64,000 nt of DNA from Nitrospirota bacterium (lineage in GTDB: Bacteria > Nitrospirota > Thermodesulfovibrionia > Thermodesulfovibrionales > JdFR-86). The notes below the pieces were generated by a model. The model was not told the origin of the DNA, did not search any database, and saw nothing but the letters and a program-made list of their open reading frames with translations. Positions within the stretch are counted from its first letter, which is position 1; the number at the start of each line of letters is the position of its first letter. Both the position numbers and the translations under genes were made by a program. Positions 38,527 through 49,200 of the stretch are shown in pieces. The DNA lies in assembly GCA_963721805.1 (NCBI GenBank), contig CAVRJY010000002.1, positions 544,001-608,000 of the forward strand. The letters are read 5' to 3'.

Positions 38527-40114
38527 GTTCCAATCCCTCGTCCTAAAGGGAGGACTGCTCTATGACGGCACGGGCCTGCCCCCTGAGCGCGCCGACATAT
38601 TCATCAAAGACGGCGTCATCGAGGAGGTCGAGCCCCTCGTAGAGAAATCCGCGGAAGTGCTGGATATAACCGGACTGGCGGTCTCGCCGGGCTTCATCGA
38701 CGCCCATGCGCATTCGGAGTTCGCGCTCCTTGCGAACCCCGCGGCCGCAGGCGGGAAGCTCCTGCAAGGCATAACGACCGAGATAAACGGCAACTGCGGC
38801 CTGTCGGCCGCGCCGCTTTTGGGCGCGGCGCTCTCGCAGCGAGAGGCCGACTTGGCGGCTTACGGGATCAAGGAGCGGTGGGAGAATTTCGCTCAGTACT
38901 TCGACCTTCTAAGAAAGCGCGGCCTTGGCCTGAACTTCGCCACTCTCGCAGGCCACGGCAACATCCGGGCCTCGGTAGTGGGATACGAGGACCGAGCGCC
39001 TTCAGCCGATGAACTGCACCGCATGTGCGACTTGCTGGCGCAAGCTCTCAGAGAAGGCGCAATCGGTCTCTCGACCGGGCTCATCTATCCGCCAGGCATA
39101 TATTCGACCACCGAGGAGCTGATCGAGCTTGCCAACGCGGGGGCAGCCGAATACAGGGACTTCATCTATACGACCCATATGCGCAGCGAGGGAAAACGGC
39201 TGCTTGAGTCCATTGCCGAGACGATGCGCATCGGCCGCGATGCGATGGTGCGCGTCCATATATCCCACATCAAGACCGCGGACAGGCCAAACTGGCACAA
39301 GATAGACAGCGCCATACGGATGCTCGGTGACGCGCGCGAGGAGGGCCTGACGGTCACGGCGGACCGCTACCCATATACCGCCTCGTCGACCGACCTCGAC
39401 GCGGCGCTCCCGAACTGGGTGTACATCGGCGGCAACGCCGAAGAGCTTAAACGGCTCCGTGACCCCGATACACGCGTCCGCATCGCGTCCGAGGTGGAGG
39501 CCATGAACCGCGACTGGAGCACGGCAGTAGTCGCGGCCGTCGAGAGCGACGAGAGCCGCTGGATGGAGGGCTTGAGCGTGGCCGAGATCGCCACTCGGAT
39601 GGGTGTCCCTCCGGTCGAGGCCCTGCTGAGGTTGCTGGACGCGGAATCCCTGCGCGTGGGCGCTATTTTTCATTCGATGACAGAGGAAAACCTGCTCCGA
39701 TTCCTCGCGCTTCCTTATGTGATGATCGGCACCGACAGCACCACGCGGTCGATGACCGGCAAGGGAAAGCCGCACCCGCGAGGGTTCGGGAGCTTCCCAA
39801 GATACCTTGGCCGATACGCGGCCGGAAACCTCGCGGCAGCGATACACAAATGCACGATGCTCCCGGCCACGACATTCGGCATCCGGAGCAGGGGGCGGAT
39901 ATCGCCCGGCCACTGGGCCGACCTCGTCGTGTTCGACCCTCAAAAGATCATGGATACCGCCACGTTTGACAACCCTTATCAGACCCCGCGTGGGATACAA
40001 CATGTCTTCGTAAACGGTGTCGCGGCCGTGCGTGATGGCGCGCTTACGAACGCGCTTGCGGGCTTAGTCCTCCGAAACGGCGGGCATGCTCCCTTCGAGC
40101 CCCAGGCCGACTGA
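38513..40114 (+). CDS. N-acyl-D-amino-acid deacylase family amidohydrolase
   Basis: PGFIDAHAH, NGNCG, THMRSE, HISHIK, IGTD, HPRGFGSFPR, ADLVVFDP; TTG start inferred. Confidence 0.88.
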   Translation: MPESKFQSLVLKGGLLYDGTGLPPERADIFIKDGVIEEVEPLVEKSAEVLDITGLAVSPGFIDAHAHSEFALLANPAAAGGKLLQGITTEINGNCGLSAAPLLGAALSQREADLAAYGIKERWENFAQYFDLLRKRGLGLNFATLAGHGNIRASVVGYEDRAPSADELHRMCDLLAQALREGAIGLSTGLIYPPGIYSTTEELIELANAGAAEYRDFIYTTHMRSEGKRLLESIAETMRIGRDAMVRVHISHIKTADRPNWHKIDSAIRMLGDAREEGLTVTADRYPYTASSTDLDAALPNWVYIGGNAEELKRLRDPDTRVRIASEVEAMNRDWSTAVVAAVESDESRWMEGLSVAEIATRMGVPPVEALLRLLDAESLRVGAIFHSMTEENLLRFLALPYVMIGTDSTTRSMTGKGKPHPRGFGSFPRYLGRYAAGNLAAAIHKCTMLPATTFGIRSRGRISPGHWADLVVFDPQKIMDTATFDNPYQTPRGIQHVFVNGVAAVRDGALTNALAGLVLRNGGHAPFEPQAD

Positions 40115-40122
40115 CCGCAGGG

Positions 40123-40815
40123 ATGCGAAAGTGGATAAACAGCGCCAATAACGCCATCGAAGGCATCCTGCACGCCGTACGGACGCAGCGCCATGTCAGG
40201 TATCACTTCTACGCCGCAGCCATAGTGCTCTTGACGAGCTACGTCCTGGGCGTGACCAAGAACGAGTTTCTGATCATCGCGCTTACGGTGATTATCGTGC
40301 TCTCGGCCGAGATGCTCAACAGCGCGCTGGAGAACGTCGTCGACATGGTCTCGCCGCACCATAGCGAGAAGGCCCGCACAGCCAAGGACATGGCCGCCGG
40401 CGCGGTCCTTACCGTTGCGTTCGGGGCGGTCGTGGTCGGCTATATAGTGCTATTCCCATATCTGCGCAGGATATTCGAGAAGGGCTTCGTGATGACGCAC
40501 CACTCGCCCGAGGAGGTGGCGATCATCGCGCTGATCATGGTGCTGATCGTCGTGGTGCTGCTTAAGGCGTATTTCGGAAGCGGGCTTCCGCTGCGGGGCG
40601 GGATGCCGAGCGGCCACAGCGCCCTGGCGTTCTCGGTGTGGGTCTCGGCCTCGATGATAACGCGGAGCATGTTCGTCTCGGCGCTCTGTCTGGCGCTGGC
40701 GATCGTGATCGGACAGAGCCGCATATCGGCCGGGGTGCACAGGCTGCGCGAGGTCCTGGCCGGCGCGGCGCTGGGCGCCGCTCTCACGTACCTGCTGTTT
40801 TTGGCCTTCCTATGA
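40123..40815 (+). CDS. DgkA-family kinase fused to a PAP2-like phosphatase domain
   Basis: AEMLNSALENVVD..AKDMAAGAV, then GGMPSGHS..QSRISAGVH. Confidence 0.85.
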   Translation: MRKWINSANNAIEGILHAVRTQRHVRYHFYAAAIVLLTSYVLGVTKNEFLIIALTVIIVLSAEMLNSALENVVDMVSPHHSEKARTAKDMAAGAVLTVAFGAVVVGYIVLFPYLRRIFEKGFVMTHHSPEEVAIIALIMVLIVVVLLKAYFGSGLPLRGGMPSGHSALAFSVWVSASMITRSMFVSALCLALAIVIGQSRISAGVHRLREVLAGAALGAALTYLLFLAFL

Positions 40816-41693
40816 GGGAGCACGTAGAGCCGTTCCTCTCTTACATGGAGGTCCAGCGGGGGGCGTCGCCTCATACCGTCAGGGCCTACCGCAAGGACCT
40901 CGATCAGTTTTTCGCATCATCCCCGGACGGCGTGGCCCCCGGCGATATCAGGGCCTTTCTCGCCTCCCAGATCCAGGGCGGGCTCAAAAAGAGCACCGCG
41001 TCGCGCAGGCTCGCAGCCCTGCGCTCGTTCTTCCGTTATCTGACCCGCGAGGGCGTGGTCGAGGCCAACCCGGCGAGGCTCGTAAGCTCGCCGAAGCTCC
41101 CTGAAAAACTTCCCCGCTTCCTCACGATAGACGAGATCTTCGGCCTGATCGCGGCAGCCGGGGGAGACGAGTTCGGCGCGGTGCGCGACCGCGCGATCCT
41201 AGAGCTGCTGTATTCCTCGGGCCTGCGCGTGAGCGAACTCGCAGGGCTCACGCTGCGGAATATGAACCTCGACGAGGCGGTGCTGCTCGTGCGCGGCAAG
41301 GGCAGGAAGGAGAGGCTGGTGCCGGTCGGCCGCAAGGCCGTAGAGGCCATGCGCGCATACCTTCCGCTGCGTTTGGGCCTCGGCAGCGAGGAGACCGGGG
41401 TGTTCTTAAATGCGCGCGGCGGGAGGCTCACGGACCGCTCGGTCAGGCGCATCGTGATCAAATATGCCCGCAAGCTCGCGCTATCGGGGAAGGTCAGCCC
41501 CCATACCATACGCCACACCTTCGCGACCCACCTGCTGCACGGGGGGGCCGACCTGCGCGTGATACAGGAGCTTTTGGGGCATTCCTCGCTCTCGACCACC
41601 CAGAAATACACCCACCTCGATATCGCCCGGCTGATGGACGTCTACGACAAGTCACATCCGCTCGCCACGGGCCGGACGGCCGGAGATGATTGA
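40812..41693 (+). CDS. xerC: Tyrosine recombinase XerC
   Basis: SPHTVRAYRKDL, RDRAILELLYSSGLRVSEL, GKGRKER, HTIRHTFATHLL, LGH, TQKYTH. Confidence 0.88.
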   Translation: MREHVEPFLSYMEVQRGASPHTVRAYRKDLDQFFASSPDGVAPGDIRAFLASQIQGGLKKSTASRRLAALRSFFRYLTREGVVEANPARLVSSPKLPEKLPRFLTIDEIFGLIAAAGGDEFGAVRDRAILELLYSSGLRVSELAGLTLRNMNLDEAVLLVRGKGRKERLVPVGRKAVEAMRAYLPLRLGLGSEETGVFLNARGGRLTDRSVRRIVIKYARKLALSGKVSPHTIRHTFATHLLHGGADLRVIQELLGHSSLSTTQKYTHLDIARLMDVYDKSHPLATGRTAGDD

Positions 41694-41728
41694 ATTTTCG
41701 GCCCATGTAGCAATAATATAAACACATC

Positions 41729-42406
41729 TTGTCATTACTGGTAAATATTGGCAATATATATAGGCGCATGAGCCATGCCGCGATGAGGGCCGGCCGCGAC
41801 CCCATGGACGTGGACCTGGTGGCGGTCTCCAAGACCATCGGCCTGGATCGCATACGCGAGGCCATAGACGACGGCCTGCGCGTGTTCGGCGAAAGCCGGG
41901 TGCAGGAGGCGGCTCTAAAGGCTCCCGAGATGGCCGCCAGCGGATGCAGCCTCCACCTGGTGGGGCACCTCCAGAAAAACAAGGCTCGCCGCGCGGTCGA
42001 GATGTTCGACCTGATACACTCGGTCGATTCCCTCGACCTCCTTGAGGCCATAGACAGGCATGCCGGAGAGCTCGGCAAGGTGCAGCGCGTGCTGATCGAG
42101 GTCAAGCTCTCGCCCGAGGCGACGAAGACAGGGGCGGACGCCGGGGCGCTCGAAAGTATCTTGAAGGGCGCGGCAGGGATGAATAACGTGAGGATCGAGG
42201 GGCTGATGACCGTCCCCCCGTATGACGAGGACCCCGAGGCTGCAAGGCCGTACTACAGGCGACTGCGGGAGCTCGGGGAGAAGTTCGGGCTTAAGGGGCT
42301 CTCGATGGGCATGTCCCATGATTTTGAGGTCGCGATACTTGAGGGCGCGACCATCGTGCGCGTCGGAAGCGCGATATTCGGCGAAAGGGCGGTGGCCAAG
42401 ACATGA
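41729..42406 (+). CDS. yggS: PLP homeostasis protein YggS/PROSC
   Basis: VAVSK, FGESRVQE, GHLQKNK, GLMT, LSMGMSHDFE, VRVGSAIFG. Confidence 0.94.
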   Translation: MSLLVNIGNIYRRMSHAAMRAGRDPMDVDLVAVSKTIGLDRIREAIDDGLRVFGESRVQEAALKAPEMAASGCSLHLVGHLQKNKARRAVEMFDLIHSVDSLDLLEAIDRHAGELGKVQRVLIEVKLSPEATKTGADAGALESILKGAAGMNNVRIEGLMTVPPYDEDPEAARPYYRRLRELGEKFGLKGLSMGMSHDFEVAILEGATIVRVGSAIFGERAVAKT

Positions 42407-43185
42407 CGGGATTCATTGGCGGAGGCGCGATGGCCGAGGCCCTGATAAAGGGCATGTTCGACCGCGGGATGAAAGGCATAATCGTATCGGAGCCGGTGGC
42501 CGAGCGGCGTGAGTATCTGGAGCGCACTTACGGCGTGAAGGCGGTGGACGATAACCGCAAGGTGCTCCAAGAGGCCCGGATCGTGGTGTTTGCCGTAAAG
42601 CCCCAGAACATGGCGCAGGTGCTCGAAGGGATCGCCGAATCGGTGAAGCCCGACCACATGTTCGCGTCGATCGCAGCGGGGATAACCATAGACTTCATCC
42701 GCCAAAGGCTGCATACCTCGCGCATCATCCGCGTGATGCCCAACGTGGCCTCGATGGCACAGGAGGGCATGGCGGTGCTCGCGCTGTGCGAGTGCTTCCC
42801 GGAGCTCGAGGTCGCCAGGGTGCGCGATATCTTCATGGCCTCGGGCCGGGTGCTGACGATGCCGGAAAAAAAGATCAACGCGGTCACCGCGCTCTCGGGC
42901 AGCGGTCCGGCGTTCATCGCATACGCGCTTGCCGCGATGATCGACGGCGGCGTCAAAGAGGGCCTCACCGGGGACGAGGCGAGCGAGCTTGCTATACAGA
43001 CCCTGCGCGGCACGGCCGCGCTGCTCGATAGCGGCATATCCTGCGAGAAGCTCATCAAGATGGTCAAGTCCCCGGGGGGGACGACCGAGGCGGGGCTCGG
43101 CGTGCTGGACGCGCGCGGCGCGCACGACATACTGGCCGATGCCATAACCGCCGCGCGAAAGCGCGCCGCGGAACTCGCGAAATAG
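42403..43185 (+). CDS. proC: Pyrroline-5-carboxylate reductase
   Basis: GFIGGGAMA, AVKPQ, RVMPN, SGSGPAF, SPGGTT. Confidence 0.95.
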   Translation: MTGFIGGGAMAEALIKGMFDRGMKGIIVSEPVAERREYLERTYGVKAVDDNRKVLQEARIVVFAVKPQNMAQVLEGIAESVKPDHMFASIAAGITIDFIRQRLHTSRIIRVMPNVASMAQEGMAVLALCECFPELEVARVRDIFMASGRVLTMPEKKINAVTALSGSGPAFIAYALAAMIDGGVKEGLTGDEASELAIQTLRGTAALLDSGISCEKLIKMVKSPGGTTEAGLGVLDARGAHDILADAITAARKRAAELAK

Positions 43186-43202
43186 GAGGCTCGGAGGCCG
43201 CC

Positions 43203-43499
43203 ATGTTCATAGCAGGCAATTTCATCGGGGCCGTCGCGGAGGTCCTCAATGTGATCCTCGATATTTACATGTGGATCATCATCATCAGGGCGCTTCTAAG
43301 CTGGGTGAACCCCGACCCATATAACCCTATAGTCCGTTTTCTCTACTCGGTGACAGAACCGGTGCTAAGGCCGATTCGCCGCGTCGTAGGATTTGGCATG
43401 GGCATCGACGTCTCGCCCATGATCGTGCTGCTGGTGATAATATTCCTTAAACGCTTCGTCGTGGCCTCGCTCATGCAGATGGCCATGCGTTCGATGTAA
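43203..43499 (+). CDS. yggT: YggT-family membrane protein
   Basis: IRALLSWVNPDPYNPIVRFLYSVTEPVLRPIRR..IDVSP. Confidence 0.93.
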   Translation: MFIAGNFIGAVAEVLNVILDIYMWIIIIRALLSWVNPDPYNPIVRFLYSVTEPVLRPIRRVVGFGMGIDVSPMIVLLVIIFLKRFVVASLMQMAMRSM

Positions 43500-43523
43500 A
43501 TAAAACCGGAGGGCCGAAACAAT

Positions 43524-44063
43524 ATGAGAATAACGCCTCTTGATATCCAGCAAAAACAGTTCCCGATGAAGTTCCGGGGGTTCGACGTCGAGGAGGTCTA
43601 CGCCTTCCTGGAGGTCGTACGCGAGGAGATGGAAGAGCTCCTGCGCGACAACTCGTTCCTAAAAGAGAGCGTCAGCAAGGCCGAGTCCCAGGTCAAGGAA
43701 CACAGGGACATGGAGAGCACGCTCAGGGAGACCCTGGTGACGGCGCAGCAGATGGTCGACGACTACAAGAACAACGCCCGCAAGGAGGCCGAACTCGTCA
43801 TCAAGGAGGCCGAGCTCAAGGCAGGCGAGATAGTGAAGGACGCGCAGGAGAAGGTCGTGAAGATCCACGAGGACATCGTGGACTTAAAGGGCATCCGCCG
43901 CCACTTCAAGGAAGAGATCCGCCGCCTGATCGAGTCCCACGTCCGCATGCTCGAGTTCGACTCCGAGCGAGAGGCCGACGAGGGCGGACGCGGCTCGGCA
44001 GCGCCCCGCGAGGACGAGATCGAGGAGGCCGTGGAGTTTAAAGAGGGGGACAGTGAAATATAG
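43524..44063 (+). CDS. divIVA: DivIVA-domain protein
   Basis: ITPLDIQQKQF..FRGFDVEEVYAFL followed by a coiled coil. Confidence 0.9.
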   Translation: MRITPLDIQQKQFPMKFRGFDVEEVYAFLEVVREEMEELLRDNSFLKESVSKAESQVKEHRDMESTLRETLVTAQQMVDDYKNNARKEAELVIKEAELKAGEIVKDAQEKVVKIHEDIVDLKGIRRHFKEEIRRLIESHVRMLEFDSEREADEGGRGSAAPREDEIEEAVEFKEGDSEI

Positions 44064-45312
44064 CTGCGTAAAAGGCACGCAGGACATCTTCCCGCCTGAC
44101 GTCGCGCTCTGGCAGAAGGCCGAGGCCGCGGCCCGCGAGGCGTTCGCCCCCTTCGGGTTCCGCGAGATAAGGCCCCCGGTGATGGAATACACCGAGGTCT
44201 TCACCCGGAGCATCGGCGAGACCTCCGACATCGTGGAGAAGGAGATGTATACGTTTGCTGACCGCGCCGGTCGGAGCATCACGCTTCGGCCCGAGGGCAC
44301 CGCGCCCGTCGTACGGGCATACGTGCAGCACCATCTGAACGACCTTCCGGCACCGCAAAAATTTTACTACATGGGCCCGATGTTCCGGTACGAACGGCCC
44401 CAGAAGGGCCGCCAGAGACAGTTTCACCAGATCGGGGCCGAGGCCTTCGGCTCGGCCGACCCGACCGTGGACGCCGAGATGATAGCGATGCTCAATGCAT
44501 TTCTGCGGCGCATGGACCTCGGGGGGCTTAAGGTCGAGCTCAACTCGATAGGCTGCGCCGGGTGCAGGCCGGCATACCGCGTGGCGCTTACCGAATATTT
44601 CCGCGCAAGGGTCGATAATCTGTGCGAGGACTGCCGCAGAAGGCTGGAGGCCAACCCGCTTCGAATACTCGACTGCAAGGTCGAGGGCTGCAGGACCGAG
44701 AAGGCCGGAGCCCCGGTGGTCACGGACTTCCTTTGCGGCGGATGCAGGGAGCATCAGGACAGGCTCACCGCGCTGCTTGCGGCGCTTGACGTCGAGGTGG
44801 TGCTAAACCCCCGGCTCGTGCGCGGCCTGGATTACTATACGAGGACTATTTTTGAGGTCACGACCGACGCCCTCGGCGCGCAGAACGCCGTGGCCGCCGG
44901 CGGGAGGTATGACGGCCTCGTGAAGGAGTTCGGAGGGCCAGAGACACCGGCCTTCGGCTTCGCAGTGGGGATGGAAAGGCTGGTAGCGCTCGCGGCCGCT
45001 ACGCCGGATGTCGCACCCGCCGATGTGCCATACGCCTATATTACGGTGCTGGGGTGGGATGCCGCGCCCAGGGCCGCCAAGATCGCCTCGGCGATGCGCG
45101 CGAGCGGAAAGTGGGTCGAGACCGGAGAGCCCGGCGCGAGCCTCAAAAGCCAGCTCAAGCGTGCGGACCGCTTTCATGCGCGCTTTGCGCTGTTCATTGG
45201 CGACAACGAGATCAAAACTGGAACTGCGGGCTGGAAGGACCTCATCGAGGGTTCCTCGGGCAGCGTGGCGCTCGACGACCCGGCCTGGATCGATAGCGGG
45301 TTCGGGGCCTGA
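44053..45312 (+). CDS. hisS: Histidine--tRNA ligase
   Basis: KEMYTF, LRPEGTA, FRYERPQKGRQRQFHQ, LVRGLDYY, GGRYD, GFAVGMER. Confidence 0.96.
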   Translation: MKYSCVKGTQDIFPPDVALWQKAEAAAREAFAPFGFREIRPPVMEYTEVFTRSIGETSDIVEKEMYTFADRAGRSITLRPEGTAPVVRAYVQHHLNDLPAPQKFYYMGPMFRYERPQKGRQRQFHQIGAEAFGSADPTVDAEMIAMLNAFLRRMDLGGLKVELNSIGCAGCRPAYRVALTEYFRARVDNLCEDCRRRLEANPLRILDCKVEGCRTEKAGAPVVTDFLCGGCREHQDRLTALLAALDVEVVLNPRLVRGLDYYTRTIFEVTTDALGAQNAVAAGGRYDGLVKEFGGPETPAFGFAVGMERLVALAAATPDVAPADVPYAYITVLGWDAAPRAAKIASAMRASGKWVETGEPGASLKSQLKRADRFHARFALFIGDNEIKTGTAGWKDLIEGSSGSVALDDPAWIDSGFGA

Positions 45313-45314
45313 GC

Positions 45315-46277
45315 ATGCGCGGAGGGCGGCTAAACGAGCTCATGCCGGGCGTCGCCCTCACCGTGCTGGTCGCTCTGGTCTCGTTTATGGTCTCGTTCCT
45401 GCACAGTTCGTTCGATTCCCTCACGATCTCGATAATCCTCGGTGTGGTCGTCTCGAGCATGGTCGGCGACCGGAAGGCGCTCGAGGCTGGCATCGAGGCC
45501 TCGCTGAGGTTTTTCCTGCCGCTCGGCATAATGCTTTATGGCTCGAACCTCGTGCTCAGGGCGCATGACCTCAACGTGGTCTCGGCCGCGATAGTCGTCA
45601 TGGCGTTTTTTTTCATTGTCACATACTTCGTATGCAAGTCGTTTGGGCTCAGCAGGACGCTCTCGGCCCTGATGGGCACGGGGATGTCGGTCTGCGGGGC
45701 CTCGGCCATAGTGGTCATCAGCCCATTCCTCGGCGCGAAAAAGGAGGACACCTCCGTCGCGGTGCTTTCGGTGATTACGGTCGGGCTCACGGGGATGCTG
45801 TTTTACAGGTTCGTGCCTGACGTGCTGCATGTCTCGTCCGAGAAGTTTGCGCTGATCACGGGGCTCACGCTCCCTATGGTGGGGCAGGTGAAGGTGGCGG
45901 CCTCGGTCATGGGGGCCGACGCGGTCGCGGCGGCCATGAACTACAAACTGGTGAGGATCGCCGCGCTATTGGTTTTCACGGCCGCGGCGTTCATAGCCCG
46001 GAGGATCCGGGGCGATCGCGGCGGAGTGTTCCCATGGTTTCTGCTCGGGTTTTATGCGATGGCGGCGTTCGTGAACTTCACCTCCGCAGGGGCCCGGATG
46101 CGCATGGTGCTCGAGCCCGCAAGCGGCTTCATGCTGGCGGCGGCACTCGCCGCGGTGGGGCTTTCGGTGGACGTCGAGTCTGTCGTCGAGAAGGGCCCGG
46201 CCCCGGTGCTCGCCGTGTTTCTCTCGGCCGGGATCTCGGGGCTTACGGTCGCGCTGTTTCTGGGGCTGATGCGATGA
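45315..46277 (+). CDS. YeiH/UPF0324 (putative sulfate exporter family) membrane protein
   Basis: About 10 TM segments; GMSVCGASAI, KLVR motifs. Confidence 0.8.
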   Translation: MRGGRLNELMPGVALTVLVALVSFMVSFLHSSFDSLTISIILGVVVSSMVGDRKALEAGIEASLRFFLPLGIMLYGSNLVLRAHDLNVVSAAIVVMAFFFIVTYFVCKSFGLSRTLSALMGTGMSVCGASAIVVISPFLGAKKEDTSVAVLSVITVGLTGMLFYRFVPDVLHVSSEKFALITGLTLPMVGQVKVAASVMGADAVAAAMNYKLVRIAALLVFTAAAFIARRIRGDRGGVFPWFLLGFYAMAAFVNFTSAGARMRMVLEPASGFMLAAALAAVGLSVDVESVVEKGPAPVLAVFLSAGISGLTVALFLGLMR

Positions 46278-49200
46278 TGCCGATGTCAAGGATTTCATAC
46301 AGGTTCATGGTGCTGTTATTCGTCTACACGCTCGCGATCCTCATCCCGCTTTCGTTTATCGTGTTTTATGACACGGACATGATGGTGCATGCAATGGAGG
46401 AAGGCGCGCCGCTCACCCACGCGCAGGAGGCCATACAGGCCCGCGGGGTCGGCAAGCTCGTCGACGACATCATATCGCTCTCGTTTTATATGGCCGTGCT
46501 GGCGTTTCTGGTCTCGCTGTTTTTCTCCCGGCGGCTGTTCTCTCCGCTGCGCGACCTTTACCAGTCGGCGAGGTCGCTGGTCGAGGGGGACCCGGACGCC
46601 TCGGTATCGTCCGAATCCATGAGGGAGCGCTGCGCCGACGACTTTTGCGCGACGTTCAAAGGGCTGATGCAATCCGTGCAGAGGAAATCCGCCAGTATAG
46701 CGACCAAGGAGCTGTACCTGTCGTCGATGACCGAGCCGATGTGGGTCCTGGACGAGGACAACGCGGTCGTGGAGGTCAACGACGCCTTCACGCGGGTGTT
46801 CGGGTATCCGCGCGAGGACGTCATCGGCGCGCTGGTCTTTGACATCATCGACGAGGCGGGCGAACGGAGGCTCAGGCACAGGCAATACGACGAGGAGGTC
46901 TCGACCGCGGGCGGACAGCCCGAGCCCATCGAGGTCTCGGTCATATCGCGCTCGGAGGGGATGGTCCCGGTGCTCCTGAGCGAGACCCCCGTGATGAAGG
47001 ACGGGCGCATCACCGGCCGCATCGGCATGATGACGGACTTCAGGCGCGAGGCCGCCCTGACCGACGCCATAGAGACCGAGAAGGGCTACTCGCTGGCCCT
47101 GATGGACAGCCTGCGCGAGCAGCTGGTCGTGATGGACCGCGACCTTCGCGTGGTGAGGGCTAACCTTGCGGCGCGCGTCGCGGCCGGAGGCGACATCACC
47201 GCGGCGAAGTGCCACGACATCTTCCACGCGATGAAGGACGAGTGCCCGCTGCACTTCGAGGGCTGCCCTATAGAGACAGTCTTCCGCACCGGAGCGCCTC
47301 ACCGCTGTTTTTATGAGTTGCGGGGAGGCATAGCCGGCAAGGCCTTGGCCGAGATGTCCGTATACCCGCTCAAAAACCCTCACACCGGGGCCGTAGAGCG
47401 CGTGGTCTGCCTGCTGAGCGACGTCACGGACCGCAAGAAGTTCGAGGACGAGATCGAGAAAAAGGACCGCGAGCTTACGGCCCTGACCACTATCTCCCGC
47501 ACGCTCGGCCGCTCGCTCATGGCCGAGGGCGTCTTCAGCGAAGTCCTCGACAGGGTGATCGCCCTGCTTGGGATGAATGGCGGGGGCATATATTTTATCG
47601 ACGATACGGGCCGCGAGCTCAAGTGCCAGTGGCACCGCGGCCTCTCGGTGGAGTTCGTCAAAACGATATCATGGATAAAGGTGGGCGAGGACATACCGGG
47701 GGCGGTAGCGCTTTCGGGCGCGTCGCTTTTCGCGTCGGACGTATCGGCTGACAGGCGCACCGAGCGCTCCAGCCTAAGGCACTCGGGCATCAAGGGCTAC
47801 GCAGCTGTACCCATCCGGGGCAAGGAGCGGTCTCTGGGGGTCCTGTTCATCTTCAGCCTCAAGCCGCACGCCTTCGGCGGCGATGAGGAGCGGCTGCTCA
47901 ATTCCGTCTCTGAGATGATGGGCCTCGCGCTTGAGAACATGCGCCTCTATGAGAAGATGCGCAGCCTCTACGAGCAGCAGCGCAGGCATAGGGCGGAGGA
48001 GCAGAAAAACCTGCTCGACCTCTCCGGCATGCTCTCGTCCTCGGTGGAGATGAAAGACGTCCTCTCGGGCTGCATGGCGATCATCAAGTCCGCCATGAAG
48101 GCCGACCTCGTCTGGATGCTCGGCCTCTCGGCCGAGGGCGCCCTCACGCTCAGGGCCTGCACAGAGCCGATCTTCAGGGAGGGGGATGCGCTTTACGGCC
48201 CCGAGGCCGACTCTATCGAACGCCACGCGATCGCGAGGCGCAAGCCGGTCTCTCTAAACGACATCGTCGTCGAGGACAGGCTGCAGATGCTGCCTGAACT
48301 CAAGGGCTACCGTTTCGCGTGCGCGATACCGATGTTCATAGGCGATAAGAACTACGGCGCCTTTACGCTTTATTACGAGATGGAGAAGCGGCTGGGCGAG
48401 GAGGAGATGCACTTCCTGCAGACCGTAAGCAGCGTGCTAGCCGTAGCCATGGAGCGCGCCGCGCTGTACGAGAGCGTCATCCTCCAAAAAGGCGAGGCCG
48501 ACGCGGTGCTAGAAAGCATCCTCGACGGGGTGATAAGCGCGAGCGCATCGGGCGTGGTGATGGCCGCAAACAAGGCCGCGTTCAGGATATTCGAGGCCGA
48601 CGGCAGGCATCTCGTCGGCCTGGGGCTCGAGGAGGTCTTCGGGCGGCCCGCCGAGAACTCCGAACTCCTTCTGAACATGGAGTCGGGCCTCGATGATGCG
48701 CTTATGGGCAAGAGCGGCCACTTCGAGGCTCGGTACGTCGGGGCCTCCGGGGGCATTACGCCGCTGCAGATTTACTGCTGGCCCGTAAGCGACGACCGGG
48801 GCGTGATCGCGGGCGTCGTGTTCGTGGTCCGCGACCTCGGCATGGCCACCGAGGTCGACAAGATGAAGACCGACTTCCTGCGCGCGGTATCACACGAGTT
48901 CCGCACCCCTCTGACGGCCATAGTGGGGCTCTCCGAGATGATGCTCGCCGGTGAGGTCGAGGGCGAGCGTGCGCAGGAATACCTGAGGACCATACATAAC
49001 GAGGGCAAGCGGCTCTCCAACATGGTCAGCGACGTGCTGGACATCACGCGCATCGAGGGCGGCCGCGAGGTGCTGCACCCCTCGACGGTCGATTTCTCAA
49101 AGATCTTCGAGGACCTGCAGGAGAGCTATACGCCCGCCGCGCTCGGCCGGGGTCTGAACATTGCGTTTCAACTGCAAGACGGGGCCGGGGGTTTTATCGG

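Noticed and set aside
40812..41693. Tyrosine recombinase as a phage or ICE integrase
   Set aside because: Size and motifs fit housekeeping XerC, and it is embedded among core genes with no att sites or cargo.
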